A stretch of 32,000 nt of DNA from Mycobacterium tuberculosis H37Rv (GTDB lineage Bacteria; Actinomycetota; Actinomycetes; Mycobacteriales; Mycobacteriaceae), in the NCBI RefSeq assembly GCF_000195955.2, contig NC_000962.3:4020001-4052000 (forward strand). The letters run 5' to 3'. This document shows, one piece after another, positions 25,211 to 32,000 of the stretch. The translations under genes and the position numbers were made by a program. Under the pieces are notes generated by a model. It saw only the letters and a list, made by a program, of their open reading frames with translations, was not told the DNA's origin and searched no databases. The number at the start of each line of letters is the position of its first letter. The first letter of the stretch is position 1.

Positions 25211-26118
25211 GCCGTCAAAACCTCGACGACATCCGCGGGGGCGTGTGCGCGCTGCGCGGTCCGCAGCGCGTTTATCCGGTATGCCTGGGCCAGCGCTGCG
25301 TCGACGTCCGCGAGGGCCGCCAGATGATCCGCGACCGCTGCCGCATCGCCGCGGGCGACCGGTCCGGTGAGCGCGGCCTGTCCCCGCTGCAGCGTGTTCT
25401 CCAGCGCCGCTCTGGCCAGCGGCCCGACGATGCGCTCCACGATCCCGCCCGGCTGGTCGTCGACGGTTTGTTGGCCGAGCAGTTCCCCCCCGCTCAGGGC
25501 GGCCCGCAACGCCTCGAGCGCATCGGCCAGCACGGTGACGATGTGGTTGCTCGCATGGGCCAGCGCCGCGTGGTAGAGGATGCGGGCGTCTTCGCGCACA
25601 CAAAACGGCTCCCCGCCCATCTCAAGAACCAGTGACTGTCCGATCGCATACCCGACGTCGTCGGCCGCGGTGATCCCGAAGCAGGTATCCGGCAGCCGGC
25701 TGATGTCCTCGTCGGAGCCGGTGAAGGTCATCGCCGGGTGAATCGCCAATGGTATGCAGCCCTGTTGGGCTAGCGGCGCCAGAATGCCAATCCCGTTAGC
25801 TCCGGAGGTGTGCGCCACAATCGTTTGTGGCCGCACCGCCGAGGTGGCTGCCAGGCCGGATACCAGGCCGGCGAGTTCGCTGTCGGTGACCGCCAATAGC
25901 AGCAGCTCAGCGCTGGCCGCGACGTCCAGCGGTGGCAGCACCGGGGTATCAGGCAGCCGGCGCTGCGCGCGCCGCCGGGACGCATGAGAGATGGCGCTGC
26001 ACGCCACCACAACATGGTCGGCGCGCTGCAGCGCGACCCCTAGCGCGGTGCCGACCCGGCCAGCCGAGATGATCCCCACCTTGAGCCTGGCCGGACGCAA
26101 ACCGTCGAACCGCTCCAT
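25207..26118 (-). CDS. Rossmann-like + DUF2520 domain oxidoreductase-like protein (Rv3603c-like)
   Basis: ATG 26118 gives 303 aa; [28 protein letters not shown]-terminal nucleotide-binding motif, [22 protein letters not shown]; 4-nt overlap with panC. Confidence 0.82.
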   Translation of the reverse strand: MERFDGLRPARLKVGIISAGRVGTALGVALQRADHVVVACSAISHASRRRAQRRLPDTPVLPPLDVAASAELLLLAVTDSELAGLVSGLAATSAVRPQTIVAHTSGANGIGILAPLAQQGCIPLAIHPAMTFTGSDEDISRLPDTCFGITAADDVGYAIGQSLVLEMGGEPFCVREDARILYHAALAHASNHIVTVLADALEALRAALSGGELLGQQTVDDQPGGIVERIVGPLARAALENTLQRGQAALTGPVARGDAAAVADHLAALADVDAALAQAYRINALRTAQRAHAPADVVEVLTA

Positions 26119-26302
26119 AGCAGACGGCCTCACAGGTTTCTTGGTTCGTTCCAGTCCCATGCCCGGGTACCGGACGGTCACCAAGACTGTAGTCGATTTG
26201 CACGTCAAGACCCACCCGGGGCACTGCTGATTTGGTCACTACACCAACAGTGTCGGTTGCCGGCGGCAATCGGGCGGGTACACCCTGGCACAAGCGGCGC
26301 CG

Positions 26303-27496
26303 CTATTCACCGCGGCGGCGACGCCGGCCGCCTCCGGTCGACTCGACCTGAAGCCTCGCCATAAGGTCGGCGACCGACTGGCCGCCGGTTAGCGGGTCCC
26401 GCGCATGCAAACCACCGGAGTCATCCGGCGGCGTGTCCGCGGTGCGGTGCCGGCGTGTGGGCTCAGCAGGCGGCGGCGGGGCCATTGGAGGTGACGGCGG
26501 ACGCTCACCCGTCCCGGCACCGGAGCCGCCGATGTCATGGTCGCGGTGCTCCGCCGAATGACGCGACCGGCGACCGGATTCACCGTATTGTGCCGCGAGC
26601 TCGACGTAGGCGGGCGGATTGTAGGCCTGGTCTGCTGGGCTGGCATGCCGGGCGCGGCGCCGGCGCCCCGGCGGCGGGGCCGCCGGCGTGGTTTCGGGTT
26701 CGACGGATGCCCACTGGCTGCCAGGTGTTTCGGCAGGCAGCCACTGCCCGTGGCTGGTGACCGGCTGCCAGACTGGTCGCTCCTGTTGCGGCGGGAGCGG
26801 CGGGGGCCGGTGGCGCGGCTCGAATAACGGCTCAGGTTGCGGCGGTGGCGGAGCCTCATAATGCCGCGGTCCTCCGCTCACCGGTGGTACCCCCACCTCC
26901 GGCACATCGATGATCGAGGCCTCGTCGGTGCGGCTGGCGCCATCACCCCCGCGGACCGCCATAACCCGATCGCTGGATACCCAGTCCGCGGGAGGGCTCT
27001 CGCCATCGAGGGCACGCGCGGCCCTGGCCTCTTTCTCCACGGTCCCCAGCGCCGGACGGTGCTCGAGGTCGGCGTCGAACAAAATCTCCAGGCTGGTTCG
27101 CAGCGCGGCCAGTTCGGCCCGCAGGGCTGCTACCTCGTCGGCGGCCGGAGCGCGCAACTCCGAGGCCAGCTCGCGGCGCAGCTGAGATTCCAGGGTCAGC
27201 TCGTACTCCCGGCGCGCCGAAATCTCGCGATCCAACTGAAGGTCATAGACCAGCTTCAGGTCACGCACCCGGGCCTGATCCACGTCGCTTTGCCGGCGGT
27301 AAAGCACCGACACAAACGCACCCGCGACCGCCGCCCACAGCGCCAGCAGAACAGCGAGCTTGAGAAGTTCCACGCGATCGGTGAAAACCAATGCGGAACT
27401 GGCCCCAATCGCCAGGACCAGCAACGCCGTCAAAAGCACCCAACCCGGCCTGCGGCCGCCGCGCCGGACCCGGGCGCCGCGGGACAGAACGGTCAT
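26303..27496 (-). CDS. Membrane protein, Ala/Arg/Pro-rich with coiled-coil-like region (Rv3604c-like)
   Basis: ATG 27496 gives 397 aa; two TM segments (GWVLLTALLVLAIGASSALVF, LLKLAVLLALWAAVAGAFVSVLY), heptad-like ELTLESQLRRELASEL, Pro-rich C-terminal half. Confidence 0.8.
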   Translation of the reverse strand: MTVLSRGARVRRGGRRPGWVLLTALLVLAIGASSALVFTDRVELLKLAVLLALWAAVAGAFVSVLYRRQSDVDQARVRDLKLVYDLQLDREISARREYELTLESQLRRELASELRAPAADEVAALRAELAALRTSLEILFDADLEHRPALGTVEKEARAARALDGESPPADWVSSDRVMAVRGGDGASRTDEASIIDVPEVGVPPVSGGPRHYEAPPPPQPEPLFEPRHRPPPLPPQQERPVWQPVTSHGQWLPAETPGSQWASVEPETTPAAPPPGRRRRARHASPADQAYNPPAYVELAAQYGESGRRSRHSAEHRDHDIGGSGAGTGERPPSPPMAPPPPAEPTRRHRTADTPPDDSGGLHARDPLTGGQSVADLMARLQVESTGGGRRRRRGE

Positions 27497-27502
27497 GGCC
27501 TG

Positions 27503-27508
27503 ACTGTA
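27503..27508 (-). promoter_or_regulatory. Candidate leaderless -10 (TACAGT) for the Rv3604c-like gene
   Basis: Reverse complement of 27503-27508 is TACAGT, followed by 6 nt and the ATG at 27496. Confidence 0.45.
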
Positions 27509-27704
27509 CCCGGGCGAGGTCAATCCGCGTGTCGCGCCGGTCCGGCGATTCCCGCATGGCTTAGCCGGGTAGGCAGTTCGGCCAAATTCGCCGCGTAGAC
27601 AACCCCGCATTCCGGGTCGGCCGCCCGGCCAGCAACGTCGACGACCGACGCCCATCGCCGGTTCGGCCATGGCCGACGCAGCGCGCGGCACCGTCGGGTG
27701 TGGG

Positions 27705-28181
27705 CTAGCTTTCCGCGCCGTCGGCGTGCTCGGTCGGATCCTGCGGAGACTTGCAGCAATGTTGCAGCCAAAGCGCGGCAACCACCAACGCTAGCGCGCT
27801 GCCCGCCGCCACCACCGTGCCAGTGGTGTCCTCGGCGGCCGCCCGCAGCCATGACCGCCGCGGCAGGAAGTACGCCAGCACCCCGATCCACCACCCCGTC
27901 ACCAGCGCACCCACCCAGGCCGAGGCCTTGGCTACCATCAAGCTGCGCGCCACCACAAGCGGGTGCAGCCAGCCGGGCCCGTCTCCGATCTCGCCATCGC
28001 TGATCTTGACCCGCACGTAGCGAGCCCACAACGCCTCGGCGACCGCGACCGCGAGCAAGGACAAGCCCGTCCACACCGTGATCGGCGGAAACCACCGGTA
28101 AAGCACCGCCACCAACAGATATCCCACCGCCGCGGCGCCGACCACCGCGGCGGTCAGATCACGTTTTCGGGTCGGTCCCAT
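27705..28181 (-). CDS. DUF3180-like membrane protein (Rv3605c-like)
   Basis: 158 aa; [34 protein letters not shown]..., four TM segments; start overlaps the folK stop by 1 nt. Confidence 0.8.
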   Translation of the reverse strand: MGPTRKRDLTAAVVGAAAVGYLLVAVLYRWFPPITVWTGLSLLAVAVAEALWARYVRVKISDGEIGDGPGWLHPLVVARSLMVAKASAWVGALVTGWWIGVLAYFLPRRSWLRAAAEDTTGTVVAAGSALALVVAALWLQHCCKSPQDPTEHADGAES

Positions 28182-28747
28182 CAGCTTTCCGGTGCCCGAC
28201 TGACGGGGTGTCTGCTATTCAGATCGAACGACGGCCTAAACAACCGCACACTGTCGCGGTCGGCGGGCTCCAGCTCGGCCAGCAGTCGCGTGACGGGCCG
28301 CGGGCACCCGGCAACCGTCAGCTGCGCCGTTGGGTCGACGGCAATCCACGGGATCAACACAAAGGCCCGCAGATGCGCCAGTGGGTGCGGCAGCGTGAGG
28401 TGGTTCTCCCGCGCGGTCACTTCGACCAGAGCCTCGGTGGCCGAGGTCTGGTAGCAGGCGATCAGGTCGACGTCGAGATTTCGTGGACCCCAGCGCTGGC
28501 CACGCACCCTGCCCGCAGCGCGCTCGAACTCCTGCGCCCGCCGCAGCCACTCCCGCGGTTCGCAGGTAGGATCGTCGGCGATCAGCACCGCATTGAGGAA
28601 CTGCCCCTGCTCCACCCCACCCCAGGGGTCGGCCTCATATATCGGGGAAGCCGCAATCAACGCATCGCCGAGACCGTCGGCGACCGACCGCAATCGTGCC
28701 AGGCGGTCACCCAGGTTGGAGCCAACCGAGAGCACTACCCGCGTCAT
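28181..28747 (-). CDS. folK: 2-amino-4-hydroxy-6-hydroxymethyldihydropteridine pyrophosphokinase
   Basis: 188 aa from [15 protein letters not shown]; [17 protein letters not shown] motif. Confidence 0.93.
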
Positions 28748-29145
28748 ACCGCGCCGCCCGCCGGGACTACCCAACCGCGGCCGCCGCGCCGTGAGCGTCG
28801 GATCACCACCGCCACATCGTCGAACGTCTGCGGAATGGGCGCCTGCGGCTTGTGTACCGCCACCTCAACGGCATGCACTCGCTGGTCGTCCATCACGTGA
28901 TCAGCGATCTCGGCCCCGACCGTTTCGATCAGCTTCCGCGGGGGTCCGGCGACGATCTCGGCCGCCCGCGAAGCCAGCCGCACGTAGTCATAGGTGTCGG
29001 CCAAGTCGTCGCTGTTGGCGGCCTCGGCCAGGTCTATCCACACGGTGACATCGATGACAAACCGCTGCCCGGCCACTCGCTCGTGGTCGTAGACCCCGTG
29101 CCGACCATGCACGGTCAGGCCGCGCAGTTCGATTCGGTCAGCCAT
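28744..29145 (-). CDS. folB: Dihydroneopterin aldolase
   Basis: 133 aa; [42 protein letters not shown]. Confidence 0.94.
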
Positions 29146-29980
29146 CGCGTTCTATCCTTTCCGCTCCCATCCACGCTTCGACCACCTTGATGGCATCGAC
29201 CGAGGCCCGCACATCATGCACCCGCACACCCCAGGCCCCGTGCAGTGCGGCCAGCGCGGAAATCACCGCCGTCGCGGTGTCACGCCCATCGGTTGGCCGC
29301 ATCACGCCGTCGGGCCCGGCCAACAACGCACCGAGGAAGCGCTTGCGCGAAGCACCCACCAGCACTGGGATTCCGGTCGCGACCAGTTCCGGAAGGGCAT
29401 GCAAGATCGCCCAATTATGTTGCGCCGTCTTGGCGAATCCAAGCCCGGGATCGAGCACCAGCCTTGCCGGGTCGACGCCTGCGGCCACCGCGTCGGCGAC
29501 GCTGGCCAGCAGGTCGGCACGGACCTCGGCCACCACGTTGCCGTAGCGCACAGGCACATGCGGGGTATCGGCCGATACCGCCCGCCAGTGCATCAACACC
29601 CACGGCACATCGGCCTCGGCCAACAGCGGCCCCATCGCCGGATCGGCCCGCCCACCCGACACGTCGTTGACCATCTGGGCACCGTTCTGCAACGCCGCCC
29701 GAGCGACATCCGCGCGCATGGTATCGATGCTGACGGTGATGCCTTGTGCTGCAAGCTCTTTGACGACGGGTATGACACGAGACGTCTCCACCGCCGGGTC
29801 AACCCGAGTGGCACCGGGCCGGCTCGACTCACCACCGACGTCGACGATGCCCGCACCTGCGGCTGCCATCGCCAGACCGTGCTTCACCGCATCGTCGAGA
29901 TCGAGATAACACCCGCCGTCCGAGAAAGAGTCGTCCGTGACGTTTAGAACCCCCATCACCTGCACGGGCGCCGGACTCAC
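29138..29980 (-). CDS. folP1: Dihydropteroate synthase
   Basis: GTG 29980 gives 280 aa; [36 protein letters not shown]. Confidence 0.96.
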
Positions 29981-30585
29981 TTCCGCAAAATGAGGTCGAG
30001 CGCTTCGGCTCGAGAAGCGGCATTGGTTTTGAACAGTCCGCGCACCGCCGACGTAGTGGTGACCGAGCCGGGCTTGCGAACCCCGCGCATCGCCATGCAC
30101 AGATGCTCAGCCTCGATCACCACGATTACCCCGCGTGGATCGAGTTTTTTCATCAGGGCATCGGCGATCTGACTGGTGAGCCGCTCCTGGACCTGAGGTC
30201 GCTTGGCGTACAGATCGACCAGTCGCGCGATCTTTGACAAGCCGGTCACCCTGCCGTCGTCGCCCGGGATGTAGCCGACGTGGGCCACACCGTGGAACGC
30301 CACCAGGTGGTGTTCGCAGGTGGAGTACATAGGGATTTCCTTGACCAACACCAGCTCGTCGTGGTCTTCGTCGAACATGGTGTTCAACACCGAGTCGGGG
30401 TCGGTGTAGAGCCCGGCGAACATTTCGCGGTATGACCGGGCAACCCGGGACGGGGTGGCTACCAAGCCGTCCCTATCCGGATCCTCGCCGATCGCGTACA
30501 GCAATTCGCGCACCGCGGCCTCGGCACGTTGCTGGTCGAACACACGGATACGAGCAGATGCGCTGCGCGAATCCAGCTGCGACAT
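29977..30585 (-). CDS. folE: GTP cyclohydrolase I
   Basis: 202 aa; [45 protein letters not shown]. Confidence 0.97.
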
Positions 30586-30600
30586 CGAATGCTCCGTTCG

Positions 30601-32000
30601 TCAGCCGTGGGCCGGCTTGGTCCGACTGACCTCGTCATCCTGCTCCGCCGAGGACTCATCGGAACCCGGATCGGCTTGACCGGTCGGGTAGGGCTGACCC
30701 GGATACGTCGGTGCCGGTTCACCGCTATAGCTGGGCCGATGAGATGACCTTGGGGGCCATCCCGGCGCATGCCAGCCCGCCGGGGCACCGTAGTCAGGCT
30801 GGGTGGAGCCGTACTGGCGGTCACCGGACCGGTGGGTGCCGGCGGGCGAACCGTTGGCGCCGTGCCCGGTTTGGCCGGCGTCGGACCGGGCGGCCTCAGC
30901 GGCTTGGGTAGCCTGCGCAATCGCCGCCTTGAACGCCGGCTCGGGGACCGGCTGGGGCCAAGGTTCGCCGCGTTCGATCGCGAGCTCGCCGGGTGTCTTG
31001 ATGGGCGGTTTGTCCGACGGGATCCGGCCACCGAAGTCGTCGAACATGGTGAGCCGCGGCCGCTTTTCGACGTCAGCGAAGATGCTTTCCAGCTCGGGTC
31101 GGTGCAGGGTCTCCTTTTCCAGCAGCTCGCCGGCCAAAGTGTCCAGCACGTCGCGGTATTCGGTCAGGATTTCCCACGCTTCGGTATGCGCCGCCTCGAT
31201 AAGCTTGCGGACCTCTTCGTCGATCTCGCGGGCGACCTCGTGGGAGTAGTCCGGCTGGGTGCCCATGGTACGTCCGAGGAACGGGTCGCCGTGTTCGGAG
31301 CCGTATTTGACCGCGCCCAGCTTGGAGCTCATTCCAAATTCGGTGACCATTGAGCGCGCTATCTTGGTGGCCTGCTCGATGTCGGACACCGCGCCGGTGG
31401 TCGGCTCACGAAACACCAGTTCTTCGGCGGCGCGCCCACCCATCGCGAACACCAGTTGCGCGATCATTTCCGAGCGGGTCCGCAGGCCCTTGTCTTCTTC
31501 CGGCACCGCCACCGCGTGCCCGCCGGTACGCCCGCGCGCCAGGATCGTCACCTTATAAATCGGCTCGATATCGGGCATCGCCCAAGCGGCCAGGGTGTGC
31601 CCGCCCTCGTGATAGGCGGTGATCTTCTTCTCCTGCTCGCTGATGATCCGGCCTTTGCGGCGCGGGCCGCCGATCACCCGGTCCACCGCTTCCTCGAGGG
31701 CGGGACCGGTGATGACGGTGCCGTTCTCCCGGGCGGTCAGCAGCGCCGCCTCGTTGATGACGTTGGCCAGGTCGGCTCCGGTCATGCCGACGGTCCGCTT
31801 GGCCAGTCCGTCGAGGTCGGCGTCCGCGGCCATCGGCTTGCCCTTGGAGTGCACGCGCAGCACCGCCCGCCGACCCGCCAGATCGGGGTTGGATACCGGG
31901 ATCTGGCGGTCGAAGCGGCCCGGCCGCAACAGCGCCGGGTCCAGGATGTCGGGCCGGTTGGTGGCCGCGATCAGGATGACGCCGGCGCGATCGCCAAAAC
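30601..32000 (-). CDS. ftsH: Membrane-bound ATP-dependent zinc metalloprotease FtsH (C-terminal part, truncated at window edge)
   Basis: AAA+ C-terminal part [11 protein letters not shown], zinc site [13 protein letters not shown] (HEGGH), Pro/Gly-rich mycobacterial tail to TGA at 30601. Confidence 0.97.

Noticed and set aside
25211-25603. N-terminal extension of the 440-aa ORF containing panC
   Set aside because: Overlaps the DUF2520 gene; the PanC domain starts at ATG 25210.

Overview
The whole window reads as ordinary Mycobacterium tuberculosis-complex chromosome, at about 66% GC by impression. I recognised it from protein content and gene order, not from a database search. It runs from the 3' end of a gene left of arsB2 to the C-terminal part of ftsH, in this order: arsB2, rlmB/trmH-like rRNA methyltransferase (-), cysS1 (-), ispF (-), ispD (-), carD (-), lpqE, radA, disA, Rv3587c-like membrane protein (-), canB (-), mutY, PE_PGRS58 (-), alpha/beta hydrolase (-), mhuD, lpqF, phage-endolysin-like amidase (Rv3594-like), PE_PGRS59 (-), clpC1 (-), lsr2 (-), lysS1 (-), a 27-aa micro-ORF (-), coaX (-), panD (-), panC (-), DUF2520/Rossmann protein (-), a Pro-rich membrane protein (-), a DUF3180-like protein (-), folK, folB, folP1, folE (all -), ftsH (-, partial). 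I found no CRISPR array, transposon, tRNA/rRNA or obvious new multi-gene system. The items most worth a second look are small. (1) A perfect 62-bp zero-loop palindrome at 1393-1454 supplies the last codons of the rlmB-like gene. (2) An identical 18-bp sequence overlaps the GTG start codons of both aminoacyl-tRNA synthetase genes (cysS1 and lysS1). (3) A 14-bp divergent spacer before mhuD has overlapping TANNNT -10 hexamers on both strands. (4) An orphan endolysin-like amidase has a full AGGAGG Shine-Dalgarno. (5) A dyad sits over the candidate -10 of PE_PGRS58. (6) A GTTCGC-N5-GCGAAC dyad lies upstream of clpC1. (7) A 27-aa micro-ORF is packed between coaX and lysS1.
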